A model generated the notes under the pieces. The model was not told the origin of the DNA and ran no database searches. It saw nothing but the letters and a program-made list of their open reading frames with translations. Source: an uncultured Acidobacteriaceae bacterium (lineage in GTDB: Bacteria > Acidobacteriota > Terriglobia > Terriglobales > Acidobacteriaceae). Taken from it: a DNA stretch of 64,000 bases. Every line of letters starts with the position of its first letter. Positions within the stretch are counted from its first letter, which is position 1. The stretch covers positions 334,421 to 398,420 of the forward strand of contig CAWFHH010000002.1 of the NCBI GenBank assembly GCA_963815555.1, written 5' to 3'. Below, piece by piece: positions 29,579-37,751 of this stretch. The translations under genes were made by a program, and so were the position numbers.

Positions 29579-30724
29579 ATGCCAAGCACTAGAACTCCCG
29601 TCTCGTCACCCAGCACGATCGATGCAAATCGCTTCAACTTTTCCGGCGGCCCCGGGGCTCTGCCGGAGAGTGTCCTGGAGCAGACGGAGCGCGCGATTCG
29701 GCAGGTGCCGGGACAGGCTCTCTCGGTGCTCGGCATGAGCCATCGCTCACGCTGGTTTCGCGAAGTGGTGGAAGAAGCCGAGTCGAATATCCGCGAATTA
29801 CTCCGCGTCCCCACCGATTACCACGTCCTGTTTCTACAAGGCGGCGGAACGCTGCAGTTCTCCATGGTCCCCATGAGCTTCCTGCGCGGTACCGGCCTCG
29901 TGGCGGAGTACCTTCACACCGGCTACTGGAGCGGGAAGGCAATCGCCGAGGCGCGTCGCGAAGGACAAGTGCGGGTGCTGTGGAGCGGCGAGGAGAATGG
30001 TTTTCGCCAACTGCCTCGCGAAGAGGAGCTCACTTTCGACGCCAGCGCCGCCTACTTCCACTACGTTTCCAATGAGACGGTCGAGGGCCTCCAATTCCAT
30101 CGTGCTCCCTGGCGGCAGAATGTCCTGCAAATTTGCGACATGTCTTCGGACTTCCTGAGCCGGCCGTTCGACGTGAGCCGCTTTGGATTGATCTACGCCC
30201 ACGCCCAGAAGAACCTTGGCCCCGCGGGAGTCACCGTGGTGGTGGTGCACGACGACTTGCTCCGCCGCATTCCCGACAATCTGCCGGGCATGTTGGACTA
30301 CAGGAACCACGCCGGGGCCGGATCGATCTACAACACGGCGCCGGTCTTCGCGATTTACGTGACCATGCTGGTAACCCGGTGGCTCCGCGACGAAATCGGC
30401 AGCGTGGAGGCGATGCATTTACTGAATACCGCCAAGGCTCAGCGCGTGTACGCCGCCATCGACAACAGCAACGGCTTCTACCAGGGCCACGCCGCCGCCG
30501 AGGACCGCTCCTTGATGAATGTCGCTTTCCGGATGCCCACCGAGGAGCTTGAACACAAGTTTTTGGAACTCGCCCAGATCGCCGGCTTCCACGGTCTTGC
30601 CGGACACCGCTCGCTGGGCGGCGTGCGCGCCTCGCTCTACAACGCCGTGACGCTCGAGGCGGTCGAGGCCCTTTGCCGGTTCATGGAATTCTTTCACGAT
30701 ACGCATCGCGAGGAGGCGGCCTAG
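29579..30724 (+). CDS. serC: phosphoserine aminotransferase
   Basis: NFSGGPGALPESVLEQ, LGMSHRSRWF, LFLQGGGTLQF and the KNLGPAG (PLP-Lys) blocks are typical of SerC. Confidence 0.9.
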   Translation: MPSTRTPVSSPSTIDANRFNFSGGPGALPESVLEQTERAIRQVPGQALSVLGMSHRSRWFREVVEEAESNIRELLRVPTDYHVLFLQGGGTLQFSMVPMSFLRGTGLVAEYLHTGYWSGKAIAEARREGQVRVLWSGEENGFRQLPREEELTFDASAAYFHYVSNETVEGLQFHRAPWRQNVLQICDMSSDFLSRPFDVSRFGLIYAHAQKNLGPAGVTVVVVHDDLLRRIPDNLPGMLDYRNHAGAGSIYNTAPVFAIYVTMLVTRWLRDEIGSVEAMHLLNTAKAQRVYAAIDNSNGFYQGHAAAEDRSLMNVAFRMPTEELEHKFLELAQIAGFHGLAGHRSLGGVRASLYNAVTLEAVEALCRFMEFFHDTHREEAA

Positions 30725-30726
30725 CC

Positions 30727-31590
30727 ATGAAGCTTGAACCTGTTGTCCAGGAAGCCTGCTGGCCCGAAATTCGCAATGCCCTGATCGCTTTTTTCTGGCA
30801 GAGCCGGCCCCACGTCATCCACGGAACCACCGAAGTCGATGTCACCGACAGCCTGGCGGCCATTCGCCGGATCGAAAAAGACCTGCGCATTGCGATTTCC
30901 TTTCACGCCTTTGTCGTCTATTGCGCGGTGCAGGCCGCCATGCAGCATCCCGTGATGCATACCTATCGCCACGGGAAAAAGCTGCTGACCTTCGAGGACA
31001 TCGACATTCTCTCGCCCATCGACAAGCGACTTCCCGCCGGAGTCCGAATTCCCGTCGGCCACATCATTCGCGCTGCCCAGAACAAGACGCTGGCGCAGAT
31101 CAATTGGGAGATACGGCAGGCGGTGCGAGCTTCGGATCTGGCCGAGGATCCGGCGGTGCAGGCGCGCCGCAGGCTGGCGCGCTATCCCGGTTGGATTCGA
31201 CGCATCGTTGCCTGGCGCATCAAGCGCGATCCGTACTGGTTGAAGCGCATCAGCGGCACACTGCTGGTTACCAATGTGCAAAGCCATGGCGCGGGCAATC
31301 CCTCGTTCGCCATCGCCGGCACGGTCCACACCACGTCGATCGCCATTGGAAACATCACCAACCGGCTGCAGCTGGATGCGGAAGGGAAGGTGGTGCAGCG
31401 AAAGATGCTTTGCCTGGCGGGCTCGGCCGATCACGACATCGTTGACGGCATGGGCATCGCTCGCTTCGCTCACCTGCTCACCCGCTTGCTCGAGACCGGC
31501 GCCGGACTCGACGAAGGTTTTGTGCGCGAAACTCGAAAGCTGATGAAGGAGACCAACCGTGAACACGATCGTGTCACCGTCCATTCCTGA
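30727..31590 (+). CDS. stand-alone 2-oxoacid dehydrogenase acyltransferase-like (CAT-fold) catalytic domain protein
   Basis: The ATG is 2 nt after the serC stop. The C-terminal motif SADHDIVDGMGIARF matches the DHxxxDG catalytic motif of E2/CAT-fold acyltransferases. No lipoyl or E3-binding domain. Confidence 0.65.
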   Translation: MKLEPVVQEACWPEIRNALIAFFWQSRPHVIHGTTEVDVTDSLAAIRRIEKDLRIAISFHAFVVYCAVQAAMQHPVMHTYRHGKKLLTFEDIDILSPIDKRLPAGVRIPVGHIIRAAQNKTLAQINWEIRQAVRASDLAEDPAVQARRRLARYPGWIRRIVAWRIKRDPYWLKRISGTLLVTNVQSHGAGNPSFAIAGTVHTTSIAIGNITNRLQLDAEGKVVQRKMLCLAGSADHDIVDGMGIARFAHLLTRLLETGAGLDEGFVRETRKLMKETNREHDRVTVHS

Positions 31591-32989
31591 CGCCGAGGTA
31601 TCGCCACGCGAAGATGTCGCGCGACCGGCTCCCGCTGCGTCTACCTCCCGGCCTATTCCGAGCGCCGACACCCATTGGCTGCTGGGAAGCGCGAAGGAGT
31701 TTGCCCATGCTCCCCATCGGTTCGTCGCCGAGCAGGGCAGGCGCAACGGAGGCTTGACGAAGTTTCGCGTTCTTCACAAACGTTTTCTGGCGACTGCCAG
31801 CCCCGAGGTCGCCAATCACATCCTGGTCTCGCATCGCGAGCACTACGAAAGAAGCGCGCATTACAAGCGGCTGGCGATGGTCATCGGGAACGGCCTGGCT
31901 GCCAGCGAGGGCAATACCTGGCGCAAGCGCCGGGCCTTGATTAATCCGCTGCTGCGTGGTGAGCATTTGAAACAGCTGGTTCCCACCGTGTGCGATTCAG
32001 TATGTGAAGTGCTGAGGGATTGGGAAGACAAGCGGGTGAACGGAACCGCGGTCGAACTCGTGAGCGAAACCCAGCGGCTGGCCATGGGTGCAATCAGCCG
32101 CATGCTGCTGTCTACGGATATTGGCGCGGACGCGTCGTATCGCATGGGAAACGCCATGCGTGAGGCCATGCGGCTCTTGCGCGAATACAACACTTCGCTC
32201 TTTCCCATCCCACTGTCTTGTCCCGTACACCGGAATCGCAGGTTGAACGGCCATCGCGAAACCCTGGACCGTTTTATCGATTCGCATATCCGATCGCGCC
32301 AGGCAAACGGACAGCCCGGGCAGCCCGACTTTCTGAGCGTGCTGATGTCGGCAAAGGATCCCGATAGCGGAGAGCCGTTGCCGCAGCAGGCGCTCATCGA
32401 CGAAACCAAGACCCTCTTCATCGCCGGCTTTGAGACTACCGCCAGCGTGATGGCGTGGGCCCTCTATCTGTTGGCTTCGCATCCCGAGTGCGCCGCCAAG
32501 TGGCACGAAGAAGTCGACCGCGTGCTGCAAGGCCGGATGCCGCAGTGGGACGACTTGCCCCGGCTTCCCTATATTGCGCAGATTATCCAGGAGACCATGC
32601 GCCTGTATCCACCGGGGTACAACCTGGCGCGGCAGTGTGTCCGGGAAGACCGCATCGGTGACTACATAATTCCGAAGTCAGCGACGATCTTGATCTCGGT
32701 CTACGGAATTCATCGTGACCCGGCGTGGGGCCCCAACCCCGAAGAGTTTCGGCCGCAGCGCTTTGCCCACAAGGCGAACGTCCCTCGCACGGCCTACATG
32801 CCGTTCGCTACCGGCAAGCATATTTGCGTGGGAAACGACTTCACCATGACGGAGATGATCACCACGCTCGCCATCCTCGGCCAGCGCTACCGGTTGGTTC
32901 GCGCGGACGAGGAGCCAGTCGAAGCCAAAGCACAAATCGGACTGATACCGTCCCGCGCCATTCCCATGTATCTGGAGAAAAGAGGATGA
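31559..32989 (+). CDS. cytochrome P450
   Basis: Heme-binding loop FATGKHICVGNDF, ExxR (ETMRLYPP) and I-helix FIAGFETTAS. The GTG start overlaps the upstream gene by 32 nt. Confidence 0.9.
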   Translation: MNTIVSPSIPDAEVSPREDVARPAPAASTSRPIPSADTHWLLGSAKEFAHAPHRFVAEQGRRNGGLTKFRVLHKRFLATASPEVANHILVSHREHYERSAHYKRLAMVIGNGLAASEGNTWRKRRALINPLLRGEHLKQLVPTVCDSVCEVLRDWEDKRVNGTAVELVSETQRLAMGAISRMLLSTDIGADASYRMGNAMREAMRLLREYNTSLFPIPLSCPVHRNRRLNGHRETLDRFIDSHIRSRQANGQPGQPDFLSVLMSAKDPDSGEPLPQQALIDETKTLFIAGFETTASVMAWALYLLASHPECAAKWHEEVDRVLQGRMPQWDDLPRLPYIAQIIQETMRLYPPGYNLARQCVREDRIGDYIIPKSATILISVYGIHRDPAWGPNPEEFRPQRFAHKANVPRTAYMPFATGKHICVGNDFTMTEMITTLAILGQRYRLVRADEEPVEAKAQIGLIPSRAIPMYLEKRG

Positions 32990-33519
32990 GCGACCTTACC
33001 TTTGAAGTCCTGGATACCGCCAGCGACGCGGTGCGCGAATACGAGTCGGCCTTCTACCAATCATTCGCCAAGGTGGAGACCAACCGGTTGGTCCGCAACC
33101 TGTGGCACTGGGACACCGATGCACGCCGGATCAGGACACGCGTACCCTACGAAGACCAGGTGATTTGTGCCCTGCGGAATCAGACCGGCCAGTTCCTTTT
33201 GACCATGGCCTTCAACGTCGAACTGCGCCAATTCCAGGCAGCGGCCTATGGCTTCGCGCCTCCGCAAGCGTCTGCGGGGACGTTCGAGGTCCTGACATTT
33301 TTTACTCCCGCGGCACAGACGCTCGATGTGTGTGCCGGCTTTTGGTCGAACTGTCTCGCCGTGCTGCGTGGCCGCGGACTCACCGCCGGCTACGCCACCA
33401 CGGCGCGGCGTCCTCTGCCCATGTATCGCCGCGTGGGCTGGCGAGTCCTGCAGGAACAGGAAATCGAAGCCGAGAAGCGCTATTTCTTGCGGTATGAAGT
33501 CCCGCCGTGCAGACCGTAA
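32986..33519 (+). CDS. small (177 aa) hypothetical protein, possibly GNAT/acyl-amino-acid-synthase-like
   Basis: ATGA overlap with the P450 stop. PLPMYRRVGW resembles the acetyltransferase-fold beta-bulge region. The function call is weak. Confidence 0.55.
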   Translation: MSDLTFEVLDTASDAVREYESAFYQSFAKVETNRLVRNLWHWDTDARRIRTRVPYEDQVICALRNQTGQFLLTMAFNVELRQFQAAAYGFAPPQASAGTFEVLTFFTPAAQTLDVCAGFWSNCLAVLRGRGLTAGYATTARRPLPMYRRVGWRVLQEQEIEAEKRYFLRYEVPPCRP

Positions 33520-33664
33520 CCGAAAAGCTTGCTTCACCCCGTCTGCTCTCGCCCGCGGTCGAATCGGTCGCGAGCAGGGAATCGCTCGCATCGCCCGGGC
33601 CGCTTACGATGCGGCGACCGGGCGAGTCCAGGCTGCTCCTTGAGTATGGATGGGCAAGGCCGGG

Positions 33665-34006
33665 TCAGAGAAATCGCAGAAACTTGTTGTCGCCATCGAC
33701 CATGATCTGCTTTGTGGAGACCGGGTGGTCGGAGAGTTCGAACCCCATAACAATGACCTCTTCACCCTTCTTGATCAGCAGGGCTGCGGCCCCGTTCATG
33801 CATATCGTTCCCGAGCCGCGCACGCCCGGGATAACGTAGGTCTCCAGCCGCGCCCCCGAGGTGTTGCTGACCACCAGTACCTTCTCGCCATGCAGCAACC
33901 CCGCACGTTCGATGAGCGCTTCATCGATGGTAATGCTGCCTTCGTAATTCACATCGGCCTGGGTAACCGTTGCCTTATGAATTTTGGATCGTAAAAACCA
34001 CCGCAT
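33665..34006 (-). CDS. panD: aspartate 1-decarboxylase
   Basis: MRWFLRSKIHKATVTQADVNYEGSITID (with the self-processing G-S site) and ...GEKVLVVSNTSGARLETYVI. Confidence 0.9.
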   Translation of the reverse strand: MRWFLRSKIHKATVTQADVNYEGSITIDEALIERAGLLHGEKVLVVSNTSGARLETYVIPGVRGSGTICMNGAAALLIKKGEEVIVMGFELSDHPVSTKQIMVDGDNKFLRFL

Positions 34007-34228
34007 TCCGCCATCCTCTCCTGCTTCAATTCTAACTGGATGGCTCACACACGGTGTGAAGTGAACTACAAATTGATTGGAAAGGGCGGCCCCGCCCAGG
34101 AATGTCGCCCTTTTCCCGGAGCCGTTTGGCCAAGGCCCTCGATGTCCGGGCAGCGAGCAATTGTGACCAGATTTGCCGCTAGAGGAAGCCTATCCTTGGG
34201 TCTGGCCAATGTAATCAAGGAGATTTAA

Positions 34229-34600
34229 ATGACATCCAAGAAACTATTTGCTTTTGCTATGGGATCGCTCGTCGTGCTTGCCGTATCGCTGCCCGTAATG
34301 GCGCAGAGCACCACCGAATCCAGCACCACCACGACAACACCAGCTCCCGCGCAGACGCAGAGCACCACCACAACAACCACCAAGGATGCGACGCCGATGC
34401 CGGCGCAGACCACGCAGACGACGGATACCACCACGAAGTACAAGCATCATGGCAAACAGGTAAAGCAGACCAACACCAACACCACAACCACCACTCCTGC
34501 GCCGATGCCGAACGAGACCAAGCAGACCACGACCACCACCACTCCTGCGCCTGACGTGCAGAAGGAAACCACCACGACCACCACCACCGATCCCAAGTAG
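34229..34600 (+). CDS. secreted Thr-rich low-complexity protein
   Basis: AAGGAGA RBS and signal peptide MTSKKLFAFAMGSLVVLAVSLPVMAQ. The rest has T(5-7) runs alternating with PAP motifs. Confidence 0.6.
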   Translation: MTSKKLFAFAMGSLVVLAVSLPVMAQSTTESSTTTTTPAPAQTQSTTTTTTKDATPMPAQTTQTTDTTTKYKHHGKQVKQTNTNTTTTTPAPMPNETKQTTTTTTPAPDVQKETTTTTTTDPK

Positions 34601-34693
34601 CTATCGCGGGGGTAGGGTCGGCTGGTCCGGCCAAACAACTTCGATATCATCTTCGCCGCGTGCCGGGTGCCCCGCCAATCAACTTCTATACAT

Positions 34694-34900
34694 GGGTGCC
34701 CCGTTCTAGCGCGGTTTTCGCTAGGGCGGGGCCGGGCGCCCCGGGTCTCGCCGGTTTCGAGACTCGGGCGAGGCGCCCCATTCAAGCTTCTTTTGCTTGA
34801 GTGGGGATTTTGCGCGAGTGGCCTACTCTTTTCCGGTCTCTTCCCGCGCCTCTCAATGATGTGGGTGCCCCATCCAAGCCTGTCTTTGGCTTGGGTGGGA
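34694..34900. repeat. array of four family-B hairpins (G[GC]GCCCC-stem-TTT loop-stem-GGGG)
   Basis: Hairpins at 34694-34731, 34734-34770, 34771-34807 and 34863-34900. Confidence 0.7.
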
Positions 34901-34965
34901 GCGACGGACCTCATATCACCACCGCGAACTAGAACTTATAGCGGTTATCGGGCCTCGCCGGGTGC

Positions 34966-35104
34966 CTGGGACTCCATGCCCTCATGAGGGGAGTGGTCCG
35001 ATTGAACGAGCAGGATGGGCTGAAGCTGAAGTTTCTTCAACGAACGGTTCTCCCGTGTTAAGGCTTCGCCCAGGTCTCGGAAGACGCGAGACCCGGGGCA
35101 CCCG
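34966..35104. repeat. 139-bp structured repeat, copy A (family E)
   Basis: Roughly 85% identical by eye to 35506-35644, at exactly a 540-bp offset. Contains the palindrome CCCTCATGAGGG, the hairpin GAAG-TTT-CTTC and GGTCTCG-N6-CGAGACC. Confidence 0.8.
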
Positions 35105-35505
35105 TCCGTGCCAGCGCTTCAGACCTTAAGGCGGGTGGGTAGGATAGAAACTTTAGGTCGTGTTGTGTGTTGATGGACGGCACACCACAGTTCCGATGAC
35201 GAAGATAGTCCCAGTCTCGAACAGCGCCAAACCTGGGGCACCCGACCTATGACGTGCTTTCACGTTTCGCCTCACCGCACCGCCCTCCCACTTCACTCCA
35301 GTTACTTCCGTAATAGTTGCTTCGCTCTAGCGACATAGCTGCTCCGCTCTATTGACTACAACCCTCGCGCTTGTAAGCCTGCTAATAAGGAGTCGTGTGC
35401 CTGGAGGATGGCTAAAGTCTTCTATGGACGGGGTGAATATCTAGATGAAACTTATTGAGAGAAGTGCCACGAGCCGGGTGCCCCAGGTCTCGCGCGGTTC
35501 GAGAC

Positions 35506-35644
35506 CTGGGACTCCATGTCCTCATGAGGGGACTGGTCCGAGCGAACGAGTGGGATGGGCTGACGCTGAAGTTCCTTCAACGGACAGTTCTCCCGCGTTA
35601 GGGATTCGCCCGGATCTCGAAAGACGCGAGGCCCGGGGCACCCG
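35506..35644. repeat. 139-bp structured repeat, copy B (family E)
   Basis: See copy A. It is preceded by an extra hairpin CCAGGTCTCG-N7-CGAGACCTGG (35483-35509). Confidence 0.8.
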
Positions 35645-35687
35645 GCCTCGGTGGGCTAAAGGCCCACATGATTGAACGTTCGCATGC

Positions 35688-35708
35688 GGCACGACTAAAG
35701 TCGTGCCC
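35688..35708. repeat. REP hairpin, family A (GGCACGAC-loop-GTCGTGCC), inverted relative to the RAYT-proximal copies
   Basis: GGCACGAC-TAAAG-GTCGTGCC followed by CTGATACA. This is the reverse complement of the TATCAGGGCACGAC...GTCGTGCC copy at 37835-37860. Confidence 0.7.
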
Positions 35709-35741
35709 TGATACAAAGCGAGAAGTGAGAGCGAACCAACA

Positions 35742-35848
35742 ACTGACAACTGCAACAACTGAGAACTGACAACTGAGAACTGACAACTGAGAACTGACAA
35801 CTGAGAACTGAGAACTGAGAACTGAGAACTGAGAACTGACAACTGCAT
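35742..35848. repeat. heptanucleotide tandem repeat (AACTGAG/AACTGAC): 13 uninterrupted units plus 2 degenerate leading units
   Basis: Read directly. AACTGAC AACTGCA ac, then (AACTGAG AACTGAC)x3, AACTGAG x5, AACTGAC, AACTGCA. The array ends 5 nt before GGAG and 15 nt before the ATG at 35864. Confidence 0.95.
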
Positions 35849-35863
35849 TACTGGAGCTACTTC

Positions 35864-36565
35864 ATGGAAGACGAAATTCAGACCTGCAATCACATCAAAG
35901 AGAACGGAGCATTTTGTGGATCGCCGGCCCTGGCTGGCCGCGATTACTGCTACTTTCATCTCCGCCTGCGCGTGCGCGGTGTAGCCATGGCGCGTGCCCG
36001 GGCCCACGGCCAGCGCTGGCGTCTCGACCTGCCCGCGCTCGAGGACATGTACTCGGTGCAGGTTGCGCTCATGCGCGTCGTCGAGGCCCTGGCCGACGAT
36101 CAGATCGACACCCGCCGCGCCGGACTCATCCTGTATGGCCTGCAACAGGCCGCCACCAACCTGCGCGACGCGAATGCCTGGGGCGAGGACTGCAACCGCT
36201 TCGAGGTGAACGAGGATAGCGCCGGAGTTGCCGACGAGTATGACTGCATCGAAGCCGAGTTCGGCCTGCCCGAAGACGCCGAGGTGGACGACAGCCAGGG
36301 ATGGGCCTTTCCCACTCCCGAAATAGTGGGCGTCGCGTCAAAGTCTCCCTCCGTCAAGAATCCCACGGACCACGAGCAGGTCGCGGCGCTGCCGCCGGTC
36401 CCGCTGCCGGAAGCCACGCAGCCGGTAGCTGTTGAAGAATGCGTCGTGCCGAAGAAGCCTGCCCGCTCCGTGTCCGCCGAACCGGATGTGGCGCCGAAGA
36501 AGCCTTTGCGATCGGTGGCCGCAAGGCGCGGGCACCAGGTCACGCCGGCCGGCGAACGGGCTTAG
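35864..36565 (+). CDS. hypothetical protein with an N-terminal Cys/His cluster and an acidic/Pro-rich tail
   Basis: GGAG lies 6 nt upstream. N-terminus CNHIKENGAFCGSPALAGRDYCYFH (C-x-H-x7-C-x11-C-x2-H). Coding-like GC3. Confidence 0.6.
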   Translation: MEDEIQTCNHIKENGAFCGSPALAGRDYCYFHLRLRVRGVAMARARAHGQRWRLDLPALEDMYSVQVALMRVVEALADDQIDTRRAGLILYGLQQAATNLRDANAWGEDCNRFEVNEDSAGVADEYDCIEAEFGLPEDAEVDDSQGWAFPTPEIVGVASKSPSVKNPTDHEQVAALPPVPLPEATQPVAVEECVVPKKPARSVSAEPDVAPKKPLRSVAARRGHQVTPAGERA

Positions 36566-36870
36566 CCGCTGCAAGCTTATTCCCGCGCGGGGCGACACAT
36601 TCGGTAAGCAGCGGGGGAAAATCGGGCTCGGGACGAATCTGCGAATGCCATCCAGCGCGCAGGGTGGGACGAGTGTGCCCGATCGCGGCTTTAGAAATTG
36701 CGAAACTGAGTGACTGTCCGCCTGCGTCGCTTTCCGCGCCCTCGCGTGACCTGATTCGCAACGCCTTTTCGTCCAGCGGCCGCTTCCGGCGAATGACGGC
36801 GGCGCCAAGACACCGCTGAGCCAAGGGAGTGTACTTGAAGACGGCATCTAAGTCCTTTGTACTCAATATT

Positions 36871-36899
36871 TTGCCCTGTAACTCGTTTGGTTTTAATAT
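36871..36899 (+). promoter_or_regulatory. possible promoter upstream of scoA, with a flanking AATATTTTGC direct repeat
   Basis: TTGCCC, a 17-nt spacer, then TAATAT. AATATTTTGC occurs twice (36865-36874 and 36895-36904) in a locally AT-rich patch. Confidence 0.25.
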
Positions 36900-37029
36900 T
36901 TTGCGGGAAATTCGCCCGCTAAGTGATTGATTCCAGATCAAACGTCGAAGGGGCCTTCTTCCACTCGCCGCGATCGGCTCGGGCACAAACTGCCTGCTAC
37001 AATCGCGAGTTCGCTTCCGAGAAATTTCT

Positions 37030-37707
37030 ATGCCGATGAGTAAGGTCGTCGCCAATGCCGACGAAGCCATCCGCGACATTCACGACGGAGCCACCATTAT
37101 GGTTGGAGGCTTCGGGTTGTGCGGGATTCCGGAGAACCTGATTCGCGCGCTGGTGAAGAAGGGCGTCAAGGAGCTGAATACCATCAGCAACAACGTTGGC
37201 GTCGACGAGTTCGGCCTCGGCCTGATGCTTTACGCGGGACAGATCAGGTCGCACAAGGGAAGTTACGTGGGCGAGAACCGCCTGCTGGAAGAAATGGTGC
37301 TGACCGGCCGCATCGATCTGGAGCTGATTCCGCAGGGAACTCTGGCGGAGCGGATTCGCGCCGGCGGCGCAGGCATTCCGGGCTTCTATACGCCGACGGG
37401 TTTCGGCACGGTTGTGGCAGAAGGCAAAGAGACGCGCCAGTTCGATGGACGTCCTTATGTGCTGGAGCGCGCGCTGAAGGCCGACTTTGCGCTGATCAAG
37501 GCGTGGAAGGGCGACACGTGGGGCAATCTGGTGTATCGCAAGACGGCGCGCAACTTCAGTCCCATGATGGCGACGGCAGCGAAGGTCACCATCGCCGAAG
37601 TCGAGCAGCTGGTCGAGCCGGGAGAGATTGATCCGGATCAGGTGCACACGCCGAGCGTCTACGTGAAACGCATTTTCCAGGGCAACGGATTACGAGAAGC
37701 GCATTGA
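37030..37707 (+). CDS. scoA: 3-oxoacid CoA-transferase subunit A. The 3' end appears frameshifted.
   Basis: GGFGLCGIPENLI, SNNVGVDEFGLG, ELIPQGTLAERIRAGGAGIP. The expected C-terminal YEKRIERRT is encoded in the +1 frame from 37691 to a stop at 37730-37732. Confidence 0.85.
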   Translation: MPMSKVVANADEAIRDIHDGATIMVGGFGLCGIPENLIRALVKKGVKELNTISNNVGVDEFGLGLMLYAGQIRSHKGSYVGENRLLEEMVLTGRIDLELIPQGTLAERIRAGGAGIPGFYTPTGFGTVVAEGKETRQFDGRPYVLERALKADFALIKAWKGDTWGNLVYRKTARNFSPMMATAAKVTIAEVEQLVEPGEIDPDQVHTPSVYVKRIFQGNGLREAH

Positions 37708-37751
37708 GAGAAGGACCCTGAGAAAAGCGTGATTGTGTGAAGTTTCGGCGA

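Noticed and set aside
30721-31746. 341-aa minus-strand ORF.
   Set aside because: It is antisense to the acyltransferase and P450 genes and has no recognisable motifs.
34244-34914. Several minus-strand ORFs opposite the Thr-rich gene and the hairpin array.
   Set aside because: They are products of low-complexity ACC/GGT repeats and family-B hairpins. The plus-strand gene has an RBS and signal peptide, and the minus-strand ORFs have neither.
35522-36145. 207-aa minus-strand ORF reading through the heptamer array (QLSVLSSQFSVLS...).
   Set aside because: Its open frame is a consequence of the CTCAGTT repeat having no stop codons. It overlaps repeat DNA and the better-supported plus-strand gene at 35864.
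36540-37079. 179-aa minus-strand ORF between the Cys/His protein gene and scoA.
   Set aside because: It overlaps both neighbouring genes' ends, has poor composition, and its region contains AT-rich promoter-like sequence for scoA.
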